A stretch of DNA of 62,383 nt, the filler included, from Diploschistes diacapsis (lineage: Eukaryota): NCBI GenBank assembly GCA_023645945.1. It is 6 parts of 6 records of this genome, joined end to end, with 100 filler letters (N's around TTAATTAATTAA, not from the genome) between each part and the next. Parts side by side here need not be neighbours in the genome. Positions count along the whole stretch, not along the records: positions 31,316 to 41,613 come from JALAIB010000939.1; positions 41,714 to 51,998 come from JALAIB010000940.1; 4 more parts are not named here. One strand, given 5' to 3'. Position numbers and translations under genes: made by a program. Under the pieces are notes generated by a model. That model was not told the DNA's origin and searched no databases. It worked only from the letters and a program-made list of their open reading frames with translations. How positions within the stretch are numbered: position 1 is the first letter of the stretch; each line of letters opens with the position of its first letter. Below are positions 37,919-49,294 of the stretch, piece by piece.

Positions 37919-40900
37919 ATGGGCGTCACCGGCCTCTGGACCATCCTCTCCCCCCTTGCGCGGCCCACGCCCCTGCCGACCCTCAACAAAAAACGCCTCG
38001 CCGTCGACGCCAGCATCTGGATCTACCAGTTCCTCAAAGCGGTGCGGGACAAGGAAGGGCACGCGCTGCGCAACAGCCATGTCGTCGGCTTCTTTCGCCG
38101 CATCTGCAAGTTGCTGTTCCATGGCATCCGGCCAGTGTTCGTGTTCGACGGGGCGGCGCCGCTGCTGAAGCGCGAGACGGTTGCTGCGCGCAGGAGAAGG
38201 AGGGAAGGGAGGAGGGAGGATGTGAGGAGGACGGCGGTGAGGTTGGTCGCTGTGCAGATGGGGAGGAGGGAGGAAGAAGAGAGGGAGAGGGAGAGGCGGA
38301 AGAAGCAGAGAGAAGGGGAAGAGGAGAGGGAGAGAAATGGCCACGAGGAGGAAGAAGAGGAGGTGCCGGATGCGGATAAGCTGGTGTATGTGGAGGAGAT
38401 CGGCATGACGGAGCAGGAGAGGCGGAAGAACCGGGGGTTCAAGAAGAAGGACCAGTACCATTTGCCGGACATCGACGGCGATTTCGCGACGCTGGGAGCC
38501 CCGGACGATCCGAGGGTGATGAGCCAGGAGGAGCTGGAGGAGTATGCGAGGCAGTTTCATTCTGGGGAGGATATCAATCTGTATGATTTCAGCAAAATCG
38601 ATTTCGATTCGCCGTTTTTCGTTTCCCTGCCGGCTAGCGATCGGTATAATATCTTGAATGCTGCGAGGTTGAGGAGTAGATTGAGAATGGGGTACAGCAA
38701 GGAGCAGCTTGACACAATGTTCCCGGATAGGATGGCCTTCTCGAGGTTCCAGATCGATAGGGTGAGGGAGAGGAACGAGCTGACCCAGCGCCTGATGAAC
38801 TTAAATGGGATGAATGGGGAGGAGTTCAATGTCAATGGGAGAATTGCGGGTGAGAAGGGGAAGGAGTATGTACTTGTTAAGAATGATGGGGTGGAGGGCG
38901 GATGGGTGCTGGGCGTCGTGAGCAATAAGAATGAGGGGAAAAGGGAGCGCCCTATTGACGTGGATAAGTTGGCTAGCAGCCAGTTGAAGAAGGAAGAGGG
39001 TGATGAGTGGGAGGACGAGGAGGCGTTCGAGGACGTGCCGATCGAGGGCTTGAACAGGCTGCCGAAGCCACCGACATTACATAAGGGACTAAGTTCAAGC
39101 AATGATTTGGAAAGGAGGAGGGATTTCTATTTGAAGAAGAGAGAAGAGGCAGATTCGGGCAGACCAGCACAGAAGGCGGCCAAGAAGCCTGCGGGCCAAG
39201 ATCAAGACTCGCTTTTTGTTCAGCAGACCGAAGGAGAGGAAGACGGTCTTGACGATCTGTTCGAGGATGTTATGCCCAATGCATCTGCAAACGAAGAAGA
39301 TGAAGACCTACGACGAGCCATCGCAATGTCCCTGGAGCAAGATGAGAGCGTGCATGAGCAAGCACACAACAGGGCAGCGATGCTGAATGGACCCGATATT
39401 ACAAAACCTCTAGAATACAACCAAAAGAATGCCAAAGCCGGTCGTGCCTTCGCACATGCAACAAACTCTAGAGCGAACAACGAGCTTGCTGGACCATTCG
39501 CAGAGGAAAGCGACGAGGAAGTCAAGCAACCTCTCCCTTCAGGGCCAAAAGGTTTTATAGGGCTGGACGATATGCCTAAACCGCGCAAAGAACCCCCAAG
39601 CAGCTCGCAGAACAGCGGCTTCAATGGACCTCTCCCCTTTGAATCTCTCAACTTGGGCAAGTCACTACTCGGTAAGAAGAAGAAGAAGAAGCAGCAAGAC
39701 GAGGAAGGAGGCTTCGAGAAAGGAAAAGAAAAGAAGGCTGAGCCACTGCCTCCCTGGTTCTCGGCCAATCTCGAGCAGAGCTATGCCACGCAGAAAGCGA
39801 TTGAGAACCGAGATCGAGAATTTGATCGCAAGGAAGCTGAGAAGTACAAGCCAGCCAAGCATCAACCTATCCTACATCGCGAGCAGACGAACGAAGTAAT
39901 TGACCTTGAAGCACCCAAGGCTCAGAGCAACGAAGTCATCGAGGTCGAGTCTTCTGAAGAAAGCGACGAAAATGTCGAAATCGTGGACGAACGAACTGTT
40001 GACGATGGATTGCGCATGGGCGACATGGCGGAGAAGATACGTGCGGAGCCTCCAGAGACACGAATGCCGAAGGAGATTGCCCGGTCTGTGGATACGAGCG
40101 AGCTGCGGGAGAGCTGGCAAGATGGTGGACAGGATGACGAGGAGATGGAATGGTCGGAAAGCGATCTTGAGAATGAGCAGGAAAGAAGAAGGGCAGCGCG
40201 TGAGGCAAAAAAGCCAGCTGGTGGTGAAATTCAAATGCTTCGGAAGTCGTTTGGTCCGGAGTTTGAAGACATCGACATGATGGTGGACAGTGCGAAGCAG
40301 CCGCATAAATCACTGTCGCCGGAGTTTGAGGATGTTGGTATGGCTAGAAGCAATGGAAACCAGACTGCAAAATCCGCATCACCCGAGTTCGAAAACGTAG
40401 ACATTACTACCATTGGCGGGGAACCGACTGCAGAATCTCCATCACCGGAGTTCGAAGACGTTGATATGACTAGGAGCAATCCGAAGCAGACTACAGAATC
40501 CGCGTCACCAGATTTTGAAAGCGTAGACATTACTACAAGCAATGGCGAACCGACCGCGAAATCGACATCACCCGAGTTCGAAAACATTGCAGTACCAAAC
40601 CTTCAAGAGAGCCCAGACCCAGCTGTGCCCTCTCTTCCCCAAGGCGAAACCCTCGACGAGTACTCCGATCCGGAAGACGAAGAGCTCATGATCCAACTCG
40701 CCGCCGAAGCCTCAGAGCACGCCCGCTTCGCCACCTCCCTGACCTCTCAGCCGCAACAAAAATACACGGCGGAAGACTACGAACAGGAACTAAAGCAGCT
40801 CCGTACCCAGCAAAAGAAAGACCGCCGCGATGCCGACGAGGTCACCCAGATCATGATCACCGAGTGCCAGCAACTCCTCAAGCTCTTCGGCCTACCCTAC

Positions 40901-41613
40901 ATAACAGCGCCGATGGAAGCCGAGGCGCAGTGCGCGGAGCTCGTGTCGCTGGGGCTCGTCGACGGCATCGTGACTGACGACTCGGACATATTCCTCTTCG
41001 GCGGCACGCGGGTGTACAAGAACATGTTCAACCAGGCCAAGTTCGTGGAGTGCTACCTCGCGTCGGACCTGGAGAAGGAGTACTCCCTGACGCGGGAGAA
41101 GGTCATCCAGGTCGCGCACCTACTCGGCAGCGACTACACGGAAGGCCTCCCGCACGTCGGGCCCGTCACGGCCATGGAAATCCTATCCGAGTTCCCCTCC
41201 CTCGCTTCCTTCCGCGACTGGTACACCGCCCTCCAGATACCCGGCGGCGCGACCAGCGGTGACGACCCGCAAGAACAAGCGAATAGCCCCTTCCGCCGCA
41301 AATTCCGCAAATACACAACAAAGCTCTTCCTGCCGCCCAACTTCCCAGATCCCAGAGTCGACGACGCCTACCTGCACCCGGACGTCGACAGCGACCCGAG
41401 CGAGTTCGCGTGGGGCGTGCCGGATCTGGACGCGCTGCGCGGGTTCCTGATGGCCACGATCGGGTGGAGCCAGCAGCGGGCGGACGAGATCCTCGTGCCG
41501 GTCATCAGGGACATGAACCGGCGGGAAACGGAGGGGACGCAGGCGAACATTACGAGGTTTTTCGGCGGCAGGGTGGGGAGTGGAACGGTGGTTGTGAGGG
41601 GTGGGAGTAGAGG
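37919..41613 (+). CDS. RAD2: Rad2/XPG structure-specific endonuclease of nucleotide excision repair; 3' end lost in gap
   Basis: XPG-N MGVTGLW..LAVDASIWIYQF..PVFVFDG; XPG-I YITAPMEAEAQCAEL..DGIVTDDSD; H3TH LLGSDYTEG; UIM-like DEDLRRAIAMSLE; PIP-like QANITRFF. Confidence 0.97.
40241..40597 (+). repeat. Six in-frame tandem repeats of about 63 nt (21 aa, core S-P-E-F-E-D/N-V) in the Rad2 spacer
   Basis: GPEFEDID, SPEFEDVG, SPEFENVD, SPEFEDVD, SPDFESVD, SPEFENIA at 21-aa spacing. Confidence 0.9.
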
Positions 41614-41713
41614 NNNNNNNNNNNNNNNNNNNNNNNNNNNNNNNNNNNNNNNNNNNNTTAATTAATTAANNNNNNNNNNNNNNNNNNNNNNNNNNNNNNN
41701 NNNNNNNNNNNNN
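41614..41713. other. Artificial contig linker
   Basis: 100-nt N/TTAATTAATTAA/N. Confidence 0.99.
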
Positions 41714-41991
41714 GGGTATTGGGATGCTGTGCTGGGGGAGGGGGACGTGGTGCGGGATGTGGTGTGGTGCTACGAGAATGCGAGGATGGAGAGTTTGGCG
41801 GTGCAGAACATGGTCAGTCTTTTTCTTTTTTTTCCCTTCCCCCCTTTTTTCTGAGGGGTTTCTTGACTTCCCTTCTGCAATGGTTTTGGGGAAAAGGAGG
41901 CTGACATGGGTAGCTTTGCTTCTACAACGAGAAAGTGGATATCTTCTTGGATGGCGAGAAGCTGGAGAGGCCGAAGACGCATTTCGCATAG
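41714..41991 (+). CDS. 3' end of a DUF427-family protein; intron 41813-41913
   Basis: YWDAVLGEG..VVRDVVWCYENARMESLAVQNM|LCFYNEKVDIFLDGEKLERPKTHFA*; needs a 1-nt shift in a G-run near 41740. Confidence 0.75.
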
Positions 41992-42165
41992 AGCAGTCAA
42001 TGGCACAACGTTGAACATGTCTTTATCCCAGATTGAGTCTATGTCAACCGACCTGTCTGCCTTTTTCTTTGCCCACTCATCTAGAAAAATCTCCGGCGAA
42101 AGCTGGCGAAACCCGCGAAACCGGCACTTTCGTCAGAATTTTCTTTTTGCTGGAAAAACTTTTCG

Positions 42166-42461
42166 TGATGAACGAATATAAATTGATCTCGAATAGTAAT
42201 TAAAGATATTTATAAAAGAGAACTCTCAGAACAGTAAACCTATTTAAAGAAGAAAGTTATATATCTGAGCTCTCGATGGAGCGCCCGTCCCTGCTTTCTT
42301 AGCTTTAAAGGAGCGAAGGGTGCGACAACAGTGGCTCCTATGGAGCAGAGGGAGCGACGTCTCCTGCTCCCTTGGAGCAGAAGGAGCGACGCTGCTTGCT
42401 CCGACAACTCACGTGACCCGAGTCTACGCGAGGTTCCCAAGTGAGCGGCTGGGACGTGACA
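42166..42461 (-). mobile_element. Possible solo LTR
   Basis: Minus strand begins TGTCACG, has GC-rich short internal repeats (GGAGCAGA.GGAGCGACG twice), then TATATAA and an AT-rich half ending ..CATCA; no target-site duplication found. Confidence 0.4.
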
Positions 42462-42628
42462 GGTAGATACCTGGATCGTAACACTTATAATAAATGAAAA
42501 AGGGGAGGGCATTTTAGGTGTAAAAAGCGCTTATAGATGTTCGGTTACCAGGGTCCGTTCGGGTACTAGGGGCAACACGTTACTACAACCCCAATCCGCG
42601 CAGGGGCAACTGTACCACAAACACCTCT

Positions 42629-43680
42629 TCAGCAGGAACAGCCGCCCGAACTTGTAGTTGAAATAAAGACTACCTGAACCGCGGCGAAGCTTCATTTATC
42701 AGCTCGTGCGCAAGAGACACTAGGAAACATACGCGGAAGTCGCCGCGAAAATATCGCTCGGCTTTGCCTCTGTCAGTAGACCAAGGCAGAGTGAAAAGAG
42801 TGTGCTGAAAAGACCCAGGGTGCCAATGCGCCAATGCATACTCGAGACACTATAAAGGACGGCAATGGATGCGATGGTGATACCTGATGAGAGTGTTAAG
42901 ACAACAGAAAGCACTATTCGCTCTAGTGTTGTGTTGGAATAGTGCACTGTATGGTCCCCTTCGATATTGGTATTTGGCTTCTATGGAGCATTATTGCTAA
43001 CACTTTCACGTCTTATTTGTGAGAGTTTTGGGACTGACCTTAACAAAATGTCCAAAATATCGATGATAGACTTTGACGCTGCGTATAAAAACTTTTGAGA
43101 ACAGACTAGAGTTCCGCTGGGCTGATCTGATGGAGATGAGGTCTGGATTTGCAGACTTGCTCCACGTGTCGCCCTCAGGGGCTAGTAAATACGTGTAGCC
43201 CCATCGATTTCCGAGTTAGCCACTCTTGGACGAAGTCAACCTCGCAGGTATCGGGCCTGTCGAGTCTCGCAAGCGTGTGTTGCTGGATAATCACTTCATC
43301 TGCTCCAGAAGAACCAGCCGTCAGAATTAAAAAGCCACCAAAACTCAATCTTGGGGTATCTTCGCGCGCGTACTATAGTTCCTCAGACAATGCCTTAACT
43401 TCAAGAACGTTTGCCACGTCCCCGGCCTACCATCGTCCCCACAACATTCGCTCAGTGTCCGCCAGTCTTTAGTGAACAGTTTTCGGTCGACGTCCTCCGA
43501 GCGACGACGGTCTTCTGTCAGCTGATTGTGAAACTGCTCCTCGAGGTGGAGGAGTTCTGCTTGGTAATAGAGCAAATTTTGAGCGTTTAAGGCTCCAAAG
43601 CCTTTGTAGATAGCCGTCTCAGGGTAAGCGCCCATAAGTGTCGCCAGCCTGGCGTGACCTTCCATGACGCGACCTTCCAT
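42629..43680 (-). CDS. DUF6594-family membrane protein (4 exons; 1-nt frameshift in a G-run near 43200)
   Basis: GHARLATLMGAYPETAIYKGFGALNAQNLLYYQAELLHLEEQ..KLRHCLRNY|DEVIIQQ; C-terminal hydrophobic helices ending SDIFAATSAFAAVQVVFIS. Confidence 0.8.
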
Positions 43681-44142
43681 GACGCATGGTGATAAATGTG
43701 GCTTTCAGCGCCCTTTTATAGTCTTTTCGTTGGAAAAATGAACGTCTAGGCTAGGCGACCTTGCATCAGGCAAACGCTCTGTGTGACTTTTTGCTTTTGG
43801 AAGAGCCGATAAAGAAGCTGTATGGTATGACTGATGGTTTGCACCCCAGAGGCGCGGCTCTGAGTGCTGTCTTGGTAAATGGAAGTTATTGGGAATCTAT
43901 CAGCCACGTAGCTGCATGCATAGTGATTTACGCTTTTCCTCATAGGTTGCCTCAACGACACCGCCTAATCTCCCGATTTTACAATACCAATGCTTAAACT
44001 AGGCTATCAACAACAACAAGTGTAAAGTCTTCGTTCTAAGCTTCAAGATCAGCGGAGGAACAAGTCCTCTAAGGGAGCCGAATGAACATAGCCGACAAGT
44101 TCGTTCACTTTCGACTGCCACGTGACGCTGACCATATCAGCA

Positions 44143-45218
44143 ATGGCCGAACCACTTAGAAGTGAGATTGGCGCTGAACACTCCGAATGGCAATGGATGC
44201 CTGAATATGAGATCAACGAGACAGTGCTCAGAACCGACCTACCAAGAATCTTAGGCCATGAAACAGACATCGAGACTGGAGAGCAGGTGAGAGCAGGTGA
44301 GAGCAGCCGAAATATTATTAGGCAAGACGCTAGTCTGATATCATCTAGGGCGGGCAGCGTGGCTATTTCTTCCAGGCTTCAGGGCCTTTGGAAGTAGTAT
44401 GTCGCACCCTTGTCAAATTATCGTCGCTGACAGGTTTATAGAGCGAGGTGGACGCTTTGATATGCAACTCGGTGCTACATGAAGAACACGTCGAGCTTGC
44501 AAGGGAATCGGATGAAGAGGCCCCGGAGTACATATCTGAAGTCCGTCGCTGCGATCCAAAGCAGAGAGGCATCTCTAGTACCCTTGTGAGTAGGGCAATT
44601 GAAAGCGCTTTGGTCACCTAGCTTACGACTCGAAAAGTGGGAGCGAAGGGTGGTCGTCACGTCCGAGAATGGAGATGATAAAACAGCCGTAGCTTCGCTA
44701 GATTCCCAGGCAACTGGTGGAAATTATGTATCGGCTCAGCTTGTAGAAAGACTCGGGAAAAGGGGGAAAACTACTTGATTGCAAGACAGACCCGTGTTCA
44801 ACGGTGCAGCGGGGAGCGTTTCACCTGAGGAGGAGATTCAACTTGAACTCAAATTCAAGAACGTTAACAAGATCTGTGAGCTTTTGTTCTACGTGTTGAA
44901 GGGGGACGCGATACAAGATCTTGATTTGATCATCGGTCGGGATACCATGAAGCAGCATCATCTCTTGGAGAGAAATGATGGGGATCTGTGGCCGCTTGCT
45001 GCGCCCCCCTATAAAAAAGGTTAGTCGCACTAGTAGACGGAATAGTTAGCTTGCTGATATGGGAAGGGGAGAACGAAGCAGCTGAAAGACAAGAGCAGCG
45101 AAAAAAGCGTGAGGAACAATTAGCCAGGGAGAGAGCTGCTCAGCGCTTACAGATGAAAGAGCATGCGAGAAAGCAGGACAACTCTATGGGGAAGGAAGGA
45201 GATAAGAACAAGCGATGA
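44143..45218 (+). pseudogene. Stand-alone retropepsin-like aspartic protease-domain gene with charged coiled-coil tail; in-frame TGA at 44776-44778; 5' exon structure uncertain
   Basis: AVASLDSQATGGNYVSAQLVERLG..FNGAAGSV..LFYVL..DLIIGRDTM matches the A2/DDI1-like pattern; GT-AG introns; last exon ENEAAERQEQRKKREEQLARER. Confidence 0.6.
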
Positions 45219-45333
45219 AAGTAAAGAGCAATTGAAATAGACGTAGGTGCTATCATGGATTCCCAAGACGCTATAAAAAAGCAAATGTGTATAACGCAAA
45301 GATCTTGCTGCCTTTCATCATTATCAACTATCA

Positions 45334-46479
45334 CTAGGAGAACACTAATGCTCTAACTTCGACGCTCTCTCTTGTGGGAGCCCCCGGTCGTATACAATCA
45401 TGCTGAAAAGCGCCGTGAGGAGCATCTGGTATCAAGGTAAGCAGCTATAGACGTATGGTATCAGATGGCACCTACAGCGCGCTTTAACATGAGGTGCAGA
45501 ATCGAAGTTCTTGAATATTAGCACTTCCTCGGGCGCTTGGTGATTCAGATAGTGCCATTTGTGCTTTGAATTGCCCAGGAGATACAGCGTTGATCCAGTG
45601 TAATGTCTGCGTATATGATCCGATTCTACGAGATCCGAAGGAGCAACCGTACTCCCGTCGCATAAAGCAAGAGGCCAGTCTTCGACTACGTGTCGCAGAG
45701 GGCGCCATACACTGTTGCATTGTCAGCCAGAGTTCTGATGCTTTCTGGCAACGCCTAACTTGATAACGCGGACGCGATATTTCAGCAAGCTCTCCGCCTC
45801 TTCGGACAGCTGCAAGCGAATACGGTTGATTACAGCTGACAAGCTTTGGTCTGGTTCTCCTCTCAGCATTACTAGCTCCGCTCTGCGGGGATTCTGGACA
45901 CTCACCGACGTGAACGTACTGTGCTGGATGTAAATAGTCGGTCGGATCATTGAGATCAATAGTAGGCTCGTTTCTTGAATGATCATTCCGGCGAAGCTAG
46001 CATAGTAAGGCAATCATCTCACTTATCATGGGCCATTCTCTTTACTCTCCAATCGAAAAAGAAGATCTGTGACTGAAAGTTAGATCATTTTGAAGTCAAG
46101 TTGTCTCATGAATCACCTTGATAATGCCATCTACTTCATTGCGGATCAACTGTTCGACTTCCGGGAGGTATTTCTCTTCAACGGCCTGACGGTCTGCAAA
46201 GACTGATGGAGATACAGCCGAAGGATATCGACGGAACATGAAGCCATGTTCGTCAAGGCTAAACGATTCCTCGTTACCTCGGATGTCGTGTATCGTTCGA
46301 GGCAGCGGCTCCCACTCCAAGTTGGTTGCCCGCCTATCTTCTGCATCTGCTGGAATATTGAGAAAGATTTGGAAAGGTTTCTCCTTGTAGTAGAGATCAA
46401 TCCAACGTATATGAAGCAGTGAAGCGTGGACATCATGGGGGCTCTCGTTGGCATGTGGATCATCTACGCTTGGAGTCAT
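45334..46479 (-). CDS. AsaB/CmcJ-like (GA4-desaturase family) oxidoreductase, 6 exons
   Basis: LYYKEKPF, IHDIRG, FSLDEHGF, IFFFDWR, YVHVDQ, NVWRPL..DWPLALCDGSTV, HKWHYL, KNFDS, APHGAF, RESVEVRALVF. Confidence 0.88.
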
Positions 46480-47170
46480 GTTTCAACGACAGCGCATAGC
46501 AGCAAGCTGACATCAAGCTAGAGTAGCCTATCCAAGTATATAAGAGATGTCAACACGATGTGAACTGTACCGATACGTGGACGTGTGGCAGTCAAATTTT
46601 GCATTTGAACAGCGGCAACTAGCTTTGAGGTCGAAACCTGACGGGACTGCGTTTGTCCCTGAAAATTAACCCTATTTCCAGAGCCTTGAGGCTCAAGGCT
46701 CTGGGCTCTGTCCCTCAAGGCTCTGTCCCTAGATAGCTCTAGCGCTGGCATCTATTCTCTAGTCGGAGCTTTCGCAAAGGGGTATGCAGCTTCAAAACGC
46801 GAGTTTAGCCATACGGTCCGGACAGCCCTTCTGATGGTTAATATAGACTGGTGTTACGGCGCGCCTTGCGCATATTAGGGTCGATGATCTCGTGTCACTA
46901 GCTTTCTGCTGTGTTCGGGCGTCCTTATCGTCTTTGAAAGACGTGGATGCTGAATCCTCCGATGCTGCAGAGGTCGGGCAGGGAGTTGCAACATTGACCC
47001 ATTAGAGGTTCAGCAACCCTGTAAATGCACCGCGTAAGTCTTATTGTAGTTAGCTCATGTCTCGGCGCCGAGCGCTGCTTATTTTTTTAGGAAGTATTTC
47101 TGAAAATGTACGTAGCGTCCGTGTTGAAAGTGGTGGAAGTTCCTAATAACTTAGTTCAAGCGATTTAGAA

Positions 47171-48803
47171 ATGACGCACTTAGTGGAGAGATTTGGAAGC
47201 CCTGAGTCCTCGGATAAAGCAGATCTGTAAAATCTCCGGAACGCCCGGGGCTTCGATCGGCGTTGCTCAGAAAGGCAAAACCGTGTGGAAGGGCAACTTT
47301 GGATATCGTGACTTCGCTGCTAAAAAGCCACCAGACGAGTGGACAATCTACCATGTAGCTTCACTTACCAAGTCCTTCTCTGGTCTAGCTGTGGCCTCGC
47401 TAGTGAGCGATGGCCATCTTCAATGGAATACATCCGTAGTTGAATCCTTACCCGAGTTTCGTCTGCGAGACGAGACACTGACATCAAAAGCACACGTGGT
47501 TGACATCCTGTCGCATCGACTAGGCATTGCCGGCGGTAACGCATTGTGGACGCAAGGTGGCAATCGAAATCACATTGCTAAAGAAGAGATTTTGCGAATA
47601 ATTGCAGGTCTGCAACAAGTAGCGAACTTCCGTGACACTTTTTCATATCACAATCTGGCTTACGGCGTTGTTGCTGAACTGGTAGAGCGGCTCAGCGGAC
47701 AGACATACGGCGAATTCCTGCAGGACAAAATCATCAATCCGCTCGCTCTCAAACGCACAGTAATCAAGGCCACCGAGCCTGAGCCAGAGAACCGAGCAGT
47801 AGCTTATTCATCAATGGATGACGGCTCCTTTGCACTTATTCCCCGTCCCGAGTCCCAAGATGGCACAATACAAGCAGCGGCTGGTGGAGTCAGAAGCTGC
47901 GTTGCTGACCTTCTAGTTTATTTCAGTGCAATCCTGGACGCTAGGAACAGTAGCTTCACTAGATCCGACAGCTCAAGCGCATCTATCATCAAAGAAGCTG
48001 CGATGGTAACCAGTGGCCATAACTTCATCACCAAAGGTTCTCGCCTTGAGAAATCATACGCCCTTGGTCTCTTGCGAGCGCAACTACCCAATACTTTCGG
48101 TGATGTTGGGCCCAATGTCGGACTCGTCGATTCGATGCCTACCATCGGCAACCCTACTAGCTCTCAATTGGTAATATTTGGTCAAGGGAGCTTCCCTGGA
48201 TTCCTATCTTCCGTCTTCTTACTTGAGCAGTCAGAAACTGTCATTGTAGTCCTGACAAACTCGCTCGCTTTGAATGACGCTGCTGATTGGATAGGCCAAT
48301 TGATCCTGGAAGAGATTCTAGACGTCGAAAAGAAGACAGATTTTGCACAACTAGCCGAAGCGAGCAAGTCTAAGTACCTGAAAAACTTTGCGGAAGCTGA
48401 GCAGAGAATGAACAACACAAAGAAACCGGATTCGCCTCGAAGACCTTTGAATGACTACGCGGGCGACTACTACAACTCGCTTCACAATTTCTTCATTCGA
48501 ATCATATCTACAAAGGACGGTTTGCTCATGTGCTTCCAAGGCGAAGATTGGGATGTTTATGAGCTAGAGGTGATCGACAAAGATTCTTTCTCTTGGTGGT
48601 TACCTAGAGAAGAGCAGGCAAAGCGCGGACGTTGGCCCATCGACTCCGAGGAGTTCTTCAGGTTCAATTTCAGCTCTAAGCAGGACGGCAAGATCGCTCA
48701 ATTAACATGGGCCATGGACCCTGACGTGCCATCTGGGGAAACATTTGTCAAAGAACCATTAGCAATAACCAATTTCAAAGGAAAGGCGCTTTCACAGCTA
48801 TAG
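47171..48803 (+). CDS. Beta-lactamase-like serine hydrolase with DUF3471-type C-terminus; probable start MTHLVER needs removal of one T at 47192-47194
   Basis: SxxK (ASLTKS), DILSHRLG, FSYHNLAY (YxN), AAGGVRS, GSFPGF, VVLTNS; YAGDYYN. Confidence 0.9.
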
Positions 48804-49294
48804 TAAGTCACCCTCTAATCACCTCTGGTGCATCGTTGGCAAAAATTTACTGGAGGGGCTGAACTGCTAAAGTGCTCCTTATACGCCCCATATGGGCACT
48901 TCGGGAGCATTCTAGTAGTCTAGCACCGATGTTTGTTGTCGATTTCTTATTACCTACCTTCGCTAAGTCGTCGCGTTGAAAATGCTCTGACGTTATCACT
49001 TACAGAGCCTCAGTATGACCAAGACGACTCGACTGGGGCTGTACGGGCTGGGCTTTTCCATCCTCTGCATGATGCCACCCATCTTCTGTTTATTCTTCAA
49101 GAAAATAAGAAAGACTAGTCGACACAGGGCTGACGTACAGAACAAATCATGAGCACTGTTAGATCTTGTTGTTACTTAGCTTGAGGCTCGAGCCGCTCAT
49201 GAAAATGAGAGCACTACAGGATCAGTGTTTGTTTTTCCCATTTCAAAAGCTTCAATCTCCCAAGTATGCTAGCTCCAGTGGCTCCATTATACAG

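Noticed and set aside
44640..45020. Protease segment as part of an LTR retrotransposon pol
   Set aside because: It has spliceosomal introns, no RIP signature and no adjacent gag, RT or integrase
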